DNA from: an uncultured Fidelibacterota bacterium
GTDB taxonomy: Bacteria > Fidelibacterota > Marinisomatia > Marinisomatales > Marinisomataceae
Reading direction: 5' to 3'
Length of the DNA stretch: 64,000 bases
NCBI GenBank assembly: GCA_902624575.1
Contig: CACNXV010000001.1
Location: 44,553-108,552, forward strand
The first letter of the stretch is position 1. Every line of letters begins with the position of its first letter. Positions 47,059 through 58,190 of this stretch are shown here, in pieces. The notes below the pieces were generated by a model. That model made no database searches. It was given only the letters and a program-made list of their open reading frames with translations, and was not told where the DNA came from. The translations under genes and the position numbers were made by a program.

Positions 47059-47757
47059 TTATTTAAAAATCCGCCTAGCAATTAAATCTAAAATATAAAA
47101 ATGCAATAAAGCAAAAATTTCAAACCCCACTATATGGTAAGGATCCTGCAAAACAAGTGGATTGTTAGCTATTGGAGCTTTTGCTAAGTACATATAATTA
47201 GCTCCGTTTCCAATAATATTATTTATTTGCATAACAATTACGACGACTAATTGTAAATATACAAAACTTGTCCACCAAGAATTTGGCCTCAATCTAAAGT
47301 CATAATATTTCATTAACCAAACTGGAATAATAATTAACATTGAATGTCCAACGTAATAATCAAAAATTTTCCAAGAAGAAGTACCTCCAGTGAACTCTGG
47401 AGTCAAAACCGAATGTATAAAACCTACTAAACCAAAAAAATACAAAAACTCAAAGAGTATTTGCTTTCGATAAAAAACAACTATACCAGCTAAAATTCCC
47501 GATAAACCACACAAATGAAGTGGCAGGTTAGAAGCCAAGATATAATTATCTGAAAGTAGATAACCGACCTGAGATAGAATTTTGTTTCCAAGTTGATAAA
47601 TTCCCATTCCATAGATAACAATATCTCGCTGTTTTGAAGTCAATTTGCTTCCGACAAAAATCATAAGTGGTACAAAAATCAATGCAAATATTACCCCAGA
47701 CCACCAGAACTGTCCTCCTATTACCGGAGACCAATGTTCAATTGCAGTTTTATCCAT
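47059..47757 (-). CDS. Polytopic membrane protein, TIGR02206/YwaF-like
   Basis: About 7 TM helices and an LPLHLCG motif. The family assignment is from memory. Confidence 0.5.
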   Translation of the reverse strand: MDKTAIEHWSPVIGGQFWWSGVIFALIFVPLMIFVGSKLTSKQRDIVIYGMGIYQLGNKILSQVGYLLSDNYILASNLPLHLCGLSGILAGIVVFYRKQILFEFLYFFGLVGFIHSVLTPEFTGGTSSWKIFDYYVGHSMLIIIPVWLMKYYDFRLRPNSWWTSFVYLQLVVVIVMQINNIIGNGANYMYLAKAPIANNPLVLQDPYHIVGFEIFALLHFYILDLIARRIFK

Positions 47758-47768
47758 CTATATATTCC

Positions 47769-48179
47769 TTACTTTGCAAAAATACTTGAGTCATCTTTAA
47801 AAGCTTTAAATTCTAATGCATTTCCCGAAGGGTCAAGGAAAAACATTGTTGCTTGCTCTCCCGGTTCGCCTTCAAATCTAATCTTTGGTTCAATAATAAA
47901 CTTCATTTTGTGAGCTATTAAATTTTCTTTGAGCTTGTGCCATTGATCCATTGTTAAAATTACTCCAAAATGGGATGCTGGAACATCATCTCCATCTACA
48001 CTATTGGTTGAAGGATGTGCTGCTTCATCTACTAAGTGCGCTACAACCTGGTGACCAAACATATCAAAATCAATCCAATGATCCGATGACCTTCCAACTT
48101 TACAATTTAATACATCTACATAAAAAGATTTTGCAGCGGATAAGTCTTTTACTGGAAAAGCTAAATGGAAGGGTCTCAT
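47769..48179 (-). CDS. VOC/glyoxalase-family protein
   Basis: [10 protein letters not shown]...FY..VL and the overall beta-alpha-beta-beta-beta pattern. 136 aa. Confidence 0.82.
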   Translation of the reverse strand: MRPFHLAFPVKDLSAAKSFYVDVLNCKVGRSSDHWIDFDMFGHQVVAHLVDEAAHPSTNSVDGDDVPASHFGVILTMDQWHKLKENLIAHKMKFIIEPKIRFEGEPGEQATMFFLDPSGNALEFKAFKDDSSIFAK

Positions 48180-48281
48180 TACTACAATTTTACCAAATTG
48201 ATTATATCAATCCAAGAATTATATGATTTAAATTATGTTCAAATTTATATATAAAGTAATACTTTAAGTTTATTCTTTATA

Positions 48282-49034
48282 TTAAATATTATCAGCAAAT
48301 AAAATAATATCTTCTACAAATTTACAATTGTATTTTTCAGCTGTTATAATATCATTATGGCCACTGCCGTGGTAAATATGATGTGATGCATTTAGTTTTT
48401 TTACCAGGTACATGAAAGCTCTTTTTGGAGTGGTTTTATCTTTGCTGCCAAATATTGAAAGTACATTATCGGGTCCACTAAAATGAATACGATTTAAATG
48501 TGAATTCCACATTTTTTTTGAATTAAAGTGTTCCATTAAAAACGAACGACTTTCTCTTACTTTATATTTTGAGAGTTGCAATTGAACTTCATCCGTAGTA
48601 TCGCTTGTAAAGAAAAGAGATCTTGTTAGCCATTTAGGTAACTGACCGCTAAAAAGCATTCTCATACCCATTTTCTTAAAAAACTTTGATAAACGATTTA
48701 TTTGCATTTGTTGCATAGCCTTCATAGCTACCCTTTTAGGAGCAAGGCCTGTATTTACAATAATAAGCTTATGAATTGCATCTCCCAGTTGCTGAGCAAC
48801 AAAAATTGCAAACAATCCACCAAGGCTATGGCCTACTAAAACAATATTTCTTTCAGGATATTTATTCATTATTTCTCTTACAGAACTAATAGATGATTCA
48901 AGAGCATTATCTAAGGAAGAAAAGTCTAAATCAACAAGAGAATACTGGAGTGATTCTTTTTCAAGTTTGGGTATTATAATATCCCAGAAATGTGAACGTA
49001 TACCAACTCCATGAAAGAAAATAAAATGATTCAT
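48282..49034 (-). CDS. Alpha/beta hydrolase
   Basis: Nucleophile elbow GHSLGG, an N-terminal FFHG oxyanion region and a C-terminal GH. Confidence 0.8.
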   Translation of the reverse strand: MNHFIFFHGVGIRSHFWDIIIPKLEKESLQYSLVDLDFSSLDNALESSISSVREIMNKYPERNIVLVGHSLGGLFAIFVAQQLGDAIHKLIIVNTGLAPKRVAMKAMQQMQINRLSKFFKKMGMRMLFSGQLPKWLTRSLFFTSDTTDEVQLQLSKYKVRESRSFLMEHFNSKKMWNSHLNRIHFSGPDNVLSIFGSKDKTTPKRAFMYLVKKLNASHHIYHGSGHNDIITAEKYNCKFVEDIILFADNI

Positions 49035-49042
49035 AAGATTTG

Positions 49043-49128
49043 TGCCCGGGGCCGGACTCGAACCGGCACGGAGTATTATCTCCGAGGGATTTTAAGTCCC
49101 TTGTGTCTACCAATTTCACCACCCGGGC
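49043..49128 (-). tRNA. tRNA-Leu (anticodon TAA), no encoded CCA
   Basis: Hand fold: acceptor gcccggg/cccgggc, anticodon arm aggga-ctTAAaa-tccct, long variable arm, T-arm gccgg-ttcgagt-ccggc. Confidence 0.9.
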
Positions 49129-49141
49129 AACACAGTTTTTG

Positions 49142-49215
49142 AGGCGTCGGTCGGATTCGAACCGACGAATAGCGGTTTTGCAAACCGATCCCTTAAACCA
49201 CTTGGGTACGACGCC
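49142..49215 (-). tRNA. tRNA-Cys (anticodon GCA), no encoded CCA
   Basis: Hand fold: acceptor ggcgtcg/cgacgcc, discriminator U, anticodon loop ttGCAaa, T-arm gtcgg-ttcgaat-ccgac. Confidence 0.88.
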
Positions 49216-49244
49216 AAAATTTTACAGCGTCGAAATATAGAGAT

Positions 49245-50585
49245 TTAGAGAGTTAATTCAAAATCATTAACTAATATACCTGGACATGTTGTCTCGCCAG
49301 GATTCCTACCATCATAAGTTTCTATAACAGGTCTTGCTAAAGTCTCTTTTCCAACACCGAGTAAATTTTTTCCAAAAAAGTTATAAAAAGAATCATCAAA
49401 ACGCATAGTTTTGATTGGCGCTACAAGCTTTCCATTCTCCACCCAAAAACACGCATATCTTGTCAGTCCAGTGATTCTACCTCCAAGTGTATCACTCCAA
49501 TTTAAGTAATGAATATTTGAAATATATATACCGGTATCAAGCATTCTTAGCTTGTCTTCATCAGCAATATCTCCACCTTGCATTACAGGAGAGCGCATAT
49601 ACTCACCCATACCCCATGAATTTGGCTCTTCAGCGTTATTTGAAGAAATATCGTACTCAAGACCGGTTTTTGTATTAACAAGTGTATTTTTCAACGATCC
49701 ATTTTCTATAATTGAAACATCGCTTGACACCTCTCCTCTTGAATTAAATGGAGCTGTAGATTGAGACTGAAAGGATTCATTTAAAGAGAACAAATGAGAA
49801 AGTTTTTCATCATTATTACGCATTTTTAACAAACAGCTCGCCCCATTACGTAAGGAAGACTCGCTAACCCCATTCCAGTTGAACATATCCACAAAATCAG
49901 CTACTGCGTTTGGTTCAAACCAAACTTTATACTTTCCAGGTTTCAATTCTATTTTAGGCTTATTCATAAATCTTAATTTCTCTACTGCATCCTCGAATAC
50001 TGCAATGAATTTTGATTTATTCCAATCAGAGCCAGGGTGTAAAACTTTAACCATATTTTCATCTTTATCAATTAATGAAAAGTCAAAAATAAACGAATCT
50101 TTCTCAAACCAATGTGCTGTACCTTCTGATGTAGAACATCCTCTGAAAATTTTACCAGAAGTCCACACACCAGTCAATTTATCAACTTTTATAATGTTCA
50201 TTAACATATCAAGTATATCATCACGTTTTGGCAGCTCACCTTTTGTGTAAATATCTATTGAATCAAAACTATCTGGAAATACTGTAAATTCATTTTCTGG
50301 TATTAATTCTAAGGGCTCTCTAAGTGCGCTAACTTCATTTATTAAGTTATTTACTGAACTATCAATATCCGCAGATATAGTCGTCGAAGACTGGAGAGAT
50401 TTTTTGCCGTTGAATATAGATATTGTAACTGCATAATCTTCAATAATACCACTTTGACGGAGCTTAGAATCATTAAAACGAAAATATTGAGAATTTTCTC
50501 CTTCAAAATAAATTGTCAATTGTTCTTTTTCTTTTAAGGAGTCAAATACTTGTGAACATATGCTATTAAAAATATCTTTATTCAT
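49245..50585 (-). CDS. pmbA: PmbA/TldE-family metalloprotease subunit
   Basis: 446 aa, TldD/PmbA-family-like, with its start codon overlapping the stop of tldD. Confidence 0.85.
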   Translation of the reverse strand: MNKDIFNSICSQVFDSLKEKEQLTIYFEGENSQYFRFNDSKLRQSGIIEDYAVTISIFNGKKSLQSSTTISADIDSSVNNLINEVSALREPLELIPENEFTVFPDSFDSIDIYTKGELPKRDDILDMLMNIIKVDKLTGVWTSGKIFRGCSTSEGTAHWFEKDSFIFDFSLIDKDENMVKVLHPGSDWNKSKFIAVFEDAVEKLRFMNKPKIELKPGKYKVWFEPNAVADFVDMFNWNGVSESSLRNGASCLLKMRNNDEKLSHLFSLNESFQSQSTAPFNSRGEVSSDVSIIENGSLKNTLVNTKTGLEYDISSNNAEEPNSWGMGEYMRSPVMQGGDIADEDKLRMLDTGIYISNIHYLNWSDTLGGRITGLTRYACFWVENGKLVAPIKTMRFDDSFYNFFGKNLLGVGKETLARPVIETYDGRNPGETTCPGILVNDFELTL

Positions 50586-52021
50586 TATGCTCCTCCAAAA
50601 ACCTGAACTTTATCAAATTTACAAAGAGGAGATGCATGCCCAACTCTTTCTACTTGATTAGGCTCACCTTTACCGCAGTTAGGAGTTCCAAAAATCTCAA
50701 AAGTATCGAGATCACCTACCATAGATAGGCTTCTCCAAAATGGATTTGTAATACCTCTATAATTTGGATTTTTAACCACCTTCGTTAGTTTACCGTTCTC
50801 AATTAATTTTGCATATTCACAACCAAACTGAAATTTATTTCTGTAGTCATCAATGGACCATGATCGATTACTCTCCATATAAACACCTCTTTCTACACTA
50901 CCAATTATTTCATCTCTAGTTGAAGTGCCTGGCTCAAGATTAATATTAGCCATACGATCTATTGGTATACGATTCCATGATGACGCCCTTAAATTTGAAA
51001 CTCCATCTACTCCAGAACGAATTTGGCTTTCAATACCTCCCAACCCTCTTACTAAAGTACCATTTTTAATTAAAAATTCCTTAGTTGCAGGCATTCCACC
51101 GTCATCGAAGTTATAGCTGGCAAGTTGATTGGCTACTGTTGGATCAAAAACAATGTTCATTAAATCAGATCCATATTTTAATGAACCAAAATCTTCCAAT
51201 TTTACAAAACTTGATCCTGCAAAATTTCTTTCATCACCAAGGATTCTATCTAACTCTAATGGATGACCAACACTTTCATGAATCTGCAACATCATTTGAT
51301 CTGGAGCTAAAACCAAATCAAGCTCTTCTGTAGGACACTGCTCTGCCTCTAATAATTCGATGGCTTGATGAGAAATTTGTTTTGCTTCATTATTGATATT
51401 ATAATTCTGAATAAACTCAGCTCCTCCTTGAAAACAATGTCCTCTCATTCCATGATTACTTCTGGTTTGAGAATCGTACTTATTTTGAGCTGTTGAAGAA
51501 AGCTCTACAAGAACAATATCCATTTTTTGATGAATATCAGCTCCATTCGTACTAGCAATCTCAGTTGTTCTTTCAATTAATTCTACCGTGGTAGCTGCAT
51601 GAATTATTTTACTATCGAAATCCATCATGGTTTTTGAGCCTAGAAAAGCCAAATCCTTGATGTCATTTAATGTTAAATCGCTTAATGGTGCTTTTATATG
51701 TGACTTATATTGACCTTCATAGCCTTTTCTAACTTTTTCATGGTCAAATCTAAAGACAGAATGCTTGGATGCAGTTCTTGCATTTTCACATGCCAAGTCT
51801 ATACATTTTAAAATATGGGAGGTATCAAGAAAAGGTGTGGCGTAATAGGAGAATTGACCATCAATTAAAACGTCTATCATTACCCCTTTTGTTGTATTTC
51901 TTTGGACATTATCCAGACTATGTTTTTTGGTCGATAAAATATTTTGATTTTCTTCAACATATCTTAGACCAATCCAGTCGGCGTTGCTATTAGCGCTTGA
52001 AAGTATTTTTTTTAAATTCAT
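50585..52021 (-). CDS. tldD: TldD-family metalloprotease
   Basis: HESVGHPLE (HExxxH) metal site. 478 aa. Paired with pmbA. Confidence 0.92.
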   Translation of the reverse strand: MNLKKILSSANSNADWIGLRYVEENQNILSTKKHSLDNVQRNTTKGVMIDVLIDGQFSYYATPFLDTSHILKCIDLACENARTASKHSVFRFDHEKVRKGYEGQYKSHIKAPLSDLTLNDIKDLAFLGSKTMMDFDSKIIHAATTVELIERTTEIASTNGADIHQKMDIVLVELSSTAQNKYDSQTRSNHGMRGHCFQGGAEFIQNYNINNEAKQISHQAIELLEAEQCPTEELDLVLAPDQMMLQIHESVGHPLELDRILGDERNFAGSSFVKLEDFGSLKYGSDLMNIVFDPTVANQLASYNFDDGGMPATKEFLIKNGTLVRGLGGIESQIRSGVDGVSNLRASSWNRIPIDRMANINLEPGTSTRDEIIGSVERGVYMESNRSWSIDDYRNKFQFGCEYAKLIENGKLTKVVKNPNYRGITNPFWRSLSMVGDLDTFEIFGTPNCGKGEPNQVERVGHASPLCKFDKVQVFGGA

Positions 52022-52111
52022 TCTATGTCAAATTTTCATGTTTTTTTTAAAAATTGATATTTTTGTCAATTTTAATCTTTTTTCTATGCAATTCTTGCAT
52101 ACATCTACAAT

Positions 52112-52127
52112 TGGCACTCCATTTGCA
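52112..52127 (+). promoter_or_regulatory. Sigma-54 (-24/-12) type promoter upstream of hsp20
   Basis: tGGcactccatttGCa equals TGGCAC-N5-TTGCA, with exactly 10 nt between GG and GC. It lies ~40 nt upstream of the ATG at 52168. Confidence 0.55.
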
Positions 52128-52167
52128 ATTATAATAGCGTAAATGCTAATAACATACGGAGAATAAA

Positions 52168-52575
52168 ATGAGTTTAATAAAATGGAAACCATTAAACAAT
52201 GAAATAGATACTTTTGACAATTTTATTGATCAATTTTTCAATGATTTATCCATTGATCCTAGATTTTCAAGGGTTAATACAAATACTTTATCTCATTACA
52301 ATGAAAATGATAAAGAGTATTTTTTAACAATGGATGTTCCTGGGATGTCAAAAAGCGACATTGAAGTAACTTTTGATAATAACAAATTAAAAGTATCTGG
52401 AGAACGTAAATCAGATGAATACAATTCATTTGATTATGGCAAAATGGAAAGAATATTTAATGTTCCACGCAACGTAGATTCAAGTAAAATATCTGCAAAG
52501 ATTGAAAACGGAGTGTTAAATATATTACTTCCAAAAACAAAATCTTCAGTAGGTAGAAAAATTTCTGTAAAATAA
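52168..52575 (+). CDS. Small heat-shock protein (Hsp20/alpha-crystallin family)
   Basis: Alpha-crystallin domain pattern (Y.L..D.PG..K.DI.V......L.VSGER ... F.R.F.VP..VD...I.A...NGVL.I.LPK). Confidence 0.92.
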   Translation: MSLIKWKPLNNEIDTFDNFIDQFFNDLSIDPRFSRVNTNTLSHYNENDKEYFLTMDVPGMSKSDIEVTFDNNKLKVSGERKSDEYNSFDYGKMERIFNVPRNVDSSKISAKIENGVLNILLPKTKSSVGRKISVK

Positions 52576-52596
52576 TTTCTTTCTACTGAAAAAAAA

Positions 52597-52616
52597 GAGG
52601 GGCTTTTCGCCCCTTT
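52597..52616 (+). terminator. Rho-independent terminator after hsp20
   Basis: GC-rich hairpin gaggggc-ttttc-gcccc followed by a run of about 9 T. Confidence 0.85.
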
Positions 52617-52633
52617 TTTTTTAATATCTAAGC

Positions 52634-53590
52634 ATGATTTATAACAACATTCTTGAAACTATCGGTTCTACACCTGTCATAAAGTTGAATTCAATCGGTA
52701 GTGATTTAGATTGTAATCTTTATGCTAAAATTGAGCTTTTTAATCCAGGAGGCTCTGTAAAAGATAGAACTGCATTCTGTATGATTGATTGCGCTGAAAA
52801 AAGTGGAAAAATCAAACCTGGTGATACTTTAATAGAAGCTACTTCTGGTAATACCGGAATTGGTTTAGCTTTAGCTGCAGCTGTTAGAGGATATAAACTT
52901 ATAATTTGCATGCCAGAAAAAATGAGCATGGAGAAAGAATTGACTATCAATGCTCTTGGAGCAAAAATTGTCAGAACTCCCACGGAGGCATCTCATGATG
53001 ATCCAGAAAGTAATTTTGGTGTTGCTGCAAGACTAAATAAAGAGATTCCAAATAGTCACATTTTGGACCAGTGGAATAATGCATGCAATCCAGAAGCGCA
53101 TTATTCTCAAACTGCTCAAGAAATTTTAAATGACTTTGGAAAAGATTTACATATGGTAGTGATGGGTGTTGGAACTGGTGGAACTGCTACTGGAGTTGGA
53201 AAAAGACTTAAAGAAGAAGTTCCTGGAATAAAAATTATCGGAGCTGATCCATATGGTTCAATTCTTGGAGGTGAAGATGAATATAAAGGCCAACCATATA
53301 AAGTTGAAGGAATTGGATATGACTTTTTTCCAAAAACTTTTGAGAAGCAGTATATTGATGAATTTGTCAAAGTAAATGATAAAGAAGCATTTGGTACTGC
53401 AAGAGCTCTTATACGTGAAGAAGGACTGTTAATTGGAGGTTCATGTGGGTCAGCCATGTTTGCAGCCTTAAAAGCAGCAAAAACACTGAAAAAAGGACAA
53501 AATTGTTTAGTAATACTACCAGATAGTATAAGAAATTATATGAGAAAGTTTCTTTCAGATGATTGGATGAAAGAAAATGATCTTATTTAA
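52634..53590 (+). CDS. PLP-dependent cysteine synthase / cystathionine beta-synthase-like enzyme (catalytic core only)
   Basis: PLP-lysine motif [16 protein letters not shown], and a GTGGT loop. The stretch [13 protein letters not shown] resembles CBS-type enzymes. Confidence 0.9.
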   Translation: MIYNNILETIGSTPVIKLNSIGSDLDCNLYAKIELFNPGGSVKDRTAFCMIDCAEKSGKIKPGDTLIEATSGNTGIGLALAAAVRGYKLIICMPEKMSMEKELTINALGAKIVRTPTEASHDDPESNFGVAARLNKEIPNSHILDQWNNACNPEAHYSQTAQEILNDFGKDLHMVVMGVGTGGTATGVGKRLKEEVPGIKIIGADPYGSILGGEDEYKGQPYKVEGIGYDFFPKTFEKQYIDEFVKVNDKEAFGTARALIREEGLLIGGSCGSAMFAALKAAKTLKKGQNCLVILPDSIRNYMRKFLSDDWMKENDLI

Positions 53591-55344
53591 ATAGCTTTTT
53601 TAATTTCTTTTGCAATATTAATACTCACCCCCAACTTGTAAGCGAGAGCTTTATCTGACAAATCTTTCATATCCGAGGTTTGATTAAATCTTTTATAAAT
53701 CTTTTCGACAGTTTTCTTACCTACCCTAGGTATATCTTCAAACTTAGATTTAGCGATACCTTTAGTTCTTTTTTGTCTTTGAAACGTGATAGCAAACCTA
53801 TGTGCTTCATCTCTTAACTGCTTTAAAATATTTAATGCAGGCGAATTTTTTGCAATTCTCAATGATTCTTTTTGACCCGGTAAAAATAATTCTTCAAGTC
53901 TTTTAGCAAGAGCAACAATTGGTAATTCAAGACTTAGATTCTTTAATGACTCTAAAGCTGAAGATAATTGCCCTTTACCTCCATCAATTAAAATTAGATC
54001 AGGTAATTGATTTCCTTCTTTAAGTTGTCTTTTATATCTTCGATAAACAACTTCTCTCATGGATTCAAAATCATCTATTTGACCAACTTTAATGTTAAAT
54101 TTTCTATAGGCACTTTTAAATGGTCTACCGTCCTTAAAAACAACCATAGAAGCAACAGTATTTGTTCCTCCAAGATGCGATATATCAAATGCTTCAATTA
54201 ATCTTGGTGGATTTTTTAGATTGAGGATATCTTTTAATTCATTTAGAAGTTTTGGTATATAGTCTTTTCTTTTTTCAATATTTAATAACCATTCATTGAG
54301 TAAAAGTTTTGCATTTCTATTGGCAAGCTTTAATTCTTGATGTTTTACTGCTCTTTGAGGAACAGTAAATTTTACTTTTCTTCCTGCTTTTTTACTCAAC
54401 CAAGATTCAAGCTCCTCTCTTTCTTCAGGCATTTCAGGAAAATAAATATTATTTGGTATGTAAGCAGCATTCATATAAAAATTAATAACAATAGTTCTTA
54501 AAATTTTATCTAATCCCTCATCAGAATCTAAAGAGATTTTTTCTCTGCTGATTATTCGTCCTTCTCTTATTCTCAAAATGACAATCACAAAGTGTTTATC
54601 TTTATTTTGATAACCAATTACGTCCCTATTGGTAAAATCGGCTTCAAGCTTTCTTTGGCCTGTTTTAAATGAACTTATTGCCTTTATTTGATCTCTTAAT
54701 CTTGCAGAATCTTCATACATCATTTTTTTAGTAAAATAATCCATTTGCTTTGAAAGTTTTTTTTCAACAGAAGCTGTATCTCCTTTCAAAAAAGAAATCA
54801 TATCATCTATCATATCGTGATATTCATTTTCAGTTATGGTGCGTATTCCCAGGCCATTCTTTAATACCAAGGGACGATTAGTTTCGTTATCTATCTCATT
54901 AAGCTCTATATAACAGTTTCTGATTGGAAATGCTCTGTATAAAACGTCAACTAACCTTCTCATTGACTTAACATCTGTATATGGACCAAAATATTTTGAT
55001 TTATCATTAAATATTTTTCTTGTTATAAAAACTTTTGGAAACTTTTCGTTTGTTATTTTTAAATACGGAAAGGATTTGTCGTCCTTTAGTTGAACATTAT
55101 ATCTAGGTTTAAATTTTTTAATTAATGTTGCTTCAGTTATAAAAGCATCAGCCTCATCTTGACAAACAATCCATTCAAAATCATTGATTCTTTTTAATAA
55201 AGATTGATCTTTTGGTGACCTGTAAGATTTTTTTTGAAAATAAGATTTTACCCTATTTCTGAGATTTTTAGCTTTACCAATGTAAATAATTTTACCATTA
55301 TTATCTTTGAATTGATATATACCGGGCTGTTTTGGCAATCCCAC
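53587..55344 (-). CDS. uvrC: Excinuclease ABC subunit C
   Basis: GIY-YIG N-terminus (PGIYQF...[17 protein letters not shown]), a central UvrBC region and a C-terminal HhH. GTG start. Confidence 0.95.
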   Translation of the reverse strand: MGLPKQPGIYQFKDNNGKIIYIGKAKNLRNRVKSYFQKKSYRSPKDQSLLKRINDFEWIVCQDEADAFITEATLIKKFKPRYNVQLKDDKSFPYLKITNEKFPKVFITRKIFNDKSKYFGPYTDVKSMRRLVDVLYRAFPIRNCYIELNEIDNETNRPLVLKNGLGIRTITENEYHDMIDDMISFLKGDTASVEKKLSKQMDYFTKKMMYEDSARLRDQIKAISSFKTGQRKLEADFTNRDVIGYQNKDKHFVIVILRIREGRIISREKISLDSDEGLDKILRTIVINFYMNAAYIPNNIYFPEMPEEREELESWLSKKAGRKVKFTVPQRAVKHQELKLANRNAKLLLNEWLLNIEKRKDYIPKLLNELKDILNLKNPPRLIEAFDISHLGGTNTVASMVVFKDGRPFKSAYRKFNIKVGQIDDFESMREVVYRRYKRQLKEGNQLPDLILIDGGKGQLSSALESLKNLSLELPIVALAKRLEELFLPGQKESLRIAKNSPALNILKQLRDEAHRFAITFQRQKRTKGIAKSKFEDIPRVGKKTVEKIYKRFNQTSDMKDLSDKALAYKLGVSINIAKEIKKAI

Positions 55345-55366
55345 AATTTTGGACTGTAAACTGATA

Positions 55367-56791
55367 CTATGACCTCCAAAATGTTTTAGTAAATAAAACT
55401 AAAACTGCAAAAATTTCTAGTCTTCCTAGAATCATTCCAAACATCATTATATACTTTGCTAAAACTGGTAAAGTTGAGTAATTATCCATTGCTCCAAAAT
55501 CACCGATTGAAGGTCCAATATTACCCATTGCTGATGCAGCTGCACCTAATGAAGATTCAAGATTAATTCCCATCATTACAAAAATAATAGACGCCAAGAA
55601 AAAGAAAAGGACATAAAATAGAAAAAAAGCTAAAGTTTTTCTTATCAGCTCATCAGAAAGGACCTTACTTCCAATTCTAACTGGTATAATAGCTTTCTCA
55701 TGGAGAGCTCTTTTTAACTCTACTCGTACATACTTAAATAGTGCAACAATTCTTATTAGTTTTATACCACCGCTTGTTGAGCCACCCATTGCTCCAGTAA
55801 ACATCAATATATATAAAATATATTGAGATATAAATGGATTCCAATCACTATAATTGGTTGAAGTGTATCCAGTAGTAGTGATTATTGAAACTGTTTGAAA
55901 AACTGTATCAAGTATTGGAAAATCTTCATTATTAACTAAACCAAAAAATAGAATTAAACAGCTAAAAAACACACAAACCAGTATGTAATATTGAAACTCT
56001 CTATCTCTTCTGTAAGAGTCTAAACCAAGATTTATAGCTCTAAAATGAAGAGCAAAATTGGTACCAGTAATTATCATGAATAATAGAATTACAGATTTTA
56101 CATAATCTGACTGTCCATTAATGCTATCATTAAAAGTAGAAAATCCACCTGATGGCATTGTTGTCATTGCATGACAAATAGCATTGAAAAATGTCATATC
56201 GTAGGACAATAAAAGAAATTGAATTCCTGTGAAACCAACATAAAACTTAATCAACAATCTAGCTGTATCTTTTATTCTTGGAGTAATTTTTTCAGATGAG
56301 GGCCCTGGATATTCTAAATTAAAAATCTTTTCTCCTGAAACACCCAGCAGAGGTAAAAGCGCAATAGTAAATATTACAATTCCTAAACCACCAAACCATT
56401 GAAGAAAAGATCGCCAAAAAAGTAGGCTTCTTGGCATACTTTCTATATCTGTAAGTATTGTAGCTCCTGTAGTTGTAACACCGGAGACTGCTTCAAATAA
56501 GGCATTAGAATAACCGTTAAATAAATCTGATAGATGAAATGGTATAGATCCATAAATAGAAGCTGAAACCCAGCTTAGAACTATAACAATAAAAACATCT
56601 TTATTTGAAAAAGACTTTGCTTTTCTTGAAAAAAACCAAATAGGAATACTAGCAAATATTGAAGTTGCAGCCAGATAAAATAAATAAATTTTACCAGAAT
56701 CTAGGTATTCAATAGATGCAGGAATGAGTAAAGCTAGTGACAAAAAGAAAACTAGTATTGACAGTAAACGAAATGTAGGCCTAAGACTCAT
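55367..56791 (-). CDS. trkH: Potassium uptake protein TrkH
   Basis: 474-aa polytopic protein with TrkH-like repeated pore-loop motifs (VTTTGAT, ITTTGYT, MPSGGFS). Overlaps trkA. Confidence 0.92.
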   Translation of the reverse strand: MSLRPTFRLLSILVFFLSLALLIPASIEYLDSGKIYLFYLAATSIFASIPIWFFSRKAKSFSNKDVFIVIVLSWVSASIYGSIPFHLSDLFNGYSNALFEAVSGVTTTGATILTDIESMPRSLLFWRSFLQWFGGLGIVIFTIALLPLLGVSGEKIFNLEYPGPSSEKITPRIKDTARLLIKFYVGFTGIQFLLLSYDMTFFNAICHAMTTMPSGGFSTFNDSINGQSDYVKSVILLFMIITGTNFALHFRAINLGLDSYRRDREFQYYILVCVFFSCLILFFGLVNNEDFPILDTVFQTVSIITTTGYTSTNYSDWNPFISQYILYILMFTGAMGGSTSGGIKLIRIVALFKYVRVELKRALHEKAIIPVRIGSKVLSDELIRKTLAFFLFYVLFFFLASIIFVMMGINLESSLGAAASAMGNIGPSIGDFGAMDNYSTLPVLAKYIMMFGMILGRLEIFAVLVLFTKTFWRS

Positions 56792-58140
56792 TTTTCAGAA
56801 TGAAATATATTCCTTACTTCTCTTATTTTTGAATTAATGCAGAAAATCAAAATTGTATCATTTTCAGAAATTTGGAAATCTCCAGATGGAATTTTTATAT
56901 GACCATTATGGTTTACCAAGGCTATAATGCTACCGTGTGGTAAGTTGAGATTTGAAACTGGAACTCTTGCAGCTTTTGAATCCTTTTCTGCAACTAGCTC
57001 AATTGCTTCCATGTTTAAAGAGCTAAAAAGTTGAATCACATGCTCTTTTTGATCAATTCTTATAGATTTTATAACAGCATTTACACTGACACTATTTTTA
57101 CTAACAATTGAACCAATTCCCAAATCTGACATACTCTTTACATAGTCAGGGTTGTTAACGTGGATAATTGAATGTTTCACCTTTAATTGTTTTGCCAAAA
57201 TACCAGCTAATAAATTTAATTGTTGATCTTCAGTTACAGCCACAAACGAATCAACCTCTGAAATATTCTCACCTTTTAAAAACTCGACATCCGTAGCATC
57301 TGAATTAAGCACAATAGTCTTATCAAGTTCATTAGCAATTTGTGAGGCCTTATTTTTTGATTTTTCAATCAACCTAATAGACATCTCTTCCTCTAACAGA
57401 GCAGCGATTCTTCTTCCAATTTTACTTGCTCCTGCTATCATCACTCTTTTAGAATTTGAGTTTGATATTCCTAACGTATTAAGAAGTTGATCTAAATTTT
57501 TAGATCTTACAAAAAAGAAAACATAATCTTCTGGCTCAAATTTATAAGTTGTTGATGGAATTGTCATTTTTTCACCTCTAATGACTGCAACTATCAAACT
57601 TTTAAATTCAGTATTTTTTTTATGAAATTCATCTACTGTCATTCCAGACAATTTAGATCTATGATTAATTTTTTTTGAAAATAATACAGCTTTACCATTT
57701 TCAAACTCATAAAATTTATCTGCATAAGGATGTTTAACTAGCCTGATAATTTCTTTGGCAACTTCATCTTCTGGGTGAATAACTACATCGATACCAAATT
57801 TCTCTGGAGGTAGCGCATTTCCATTCCTTGAATAATCTAAATCTCTAAGTCTTGCTATAATTTTTTTTGCACCTAAATTATGACATTGTAAAGAAGCAAT
57901 AAGGTTGGTTTCATCTGAATTAGTGAGACAAAAAACGTAATCTGCGCTAGCAACATTAATATTAGAAAGAATTTTTTCATCTGATCCGTTACCCTGAGTA
58001 ACAATTACATCTAAATGTTCATTAGCTCTAGCACATTTACTATGATCGATATCAACTACTGATATATCGTAGTCAAGTTCGCTAAGTGATTTAGCAACGT
58101 GAAATCCAACTTCACCAGCACCTATAATAACAATTTTCAT
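56788..58140 (-). CDS. trkA: Potassium uptake protein TrkA (tandem RCK/NAD-binding domains)
   Basis: Two Rossmann motifs (IIGAGEVG and IAGASKIGR). 450 aa. Confidence 0.92.
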   Translation of the reverse strand: MKIVIIGAGEVGFHVAKSLSELDYDISVVDIDHSKCARANEHLDVIVTQGNGSDEKILSNINVASADYVFCLTNSDETNLIASLQCHNLGAKKIIARLRDLDYSRNGNALPPEKFGIDVVIHPEDEVAKEIIRLVKHPYADKFYEFENGKAVLFSKKINHRSKLSGMTVDEFHKKNTEFKSLIVAVIRGEKMTIPSTTYKFEPEDYVFFFVRSKNLDQLLNTLGISNSNSKRVMIAGASKIGRRIAALLEEEMSIRLIEKSKNKASQIANELDKTIVLNSDATDVEFLKGENISEVDSFVAVTEDQQLNLLAGILAKQLKVKHSIIHVNNPDYVKSMSDLGIGSIVSKNSVSVNAVIKSIRIDQKEHVIQLFSSLNMEAIELVAEKDSKAARVPVSNLNLPHGSIIALVNHNGHIKIPSGDFQISENDTILIFCINSKIREVRNIFHSEK

Positions 58141-58190
58141 GTCAGGGGAATAATCTATAAAGAATTAATTCAAAAACAATATATTTTCGA

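Noticed and set aside
47546-47734. 62-aa - strand ORF nested in another frame of the TIGR02206-like membrane gene
   Set aside because: It lies fully inside a longer co-directional ORF with coherent TM topology, and there is no evidence for overlapping coding.
52111-52119. TTGGCACTC resembles the left half of the CIRCE heat-shock operator (TTAGCACTC-N9-GAGTGCTAA)
   Set aside because: The required right half-site is absent: after 9 nt the sequence reads ttataatag. The string is better explained as the -24 element of a sigma-54 promoter.
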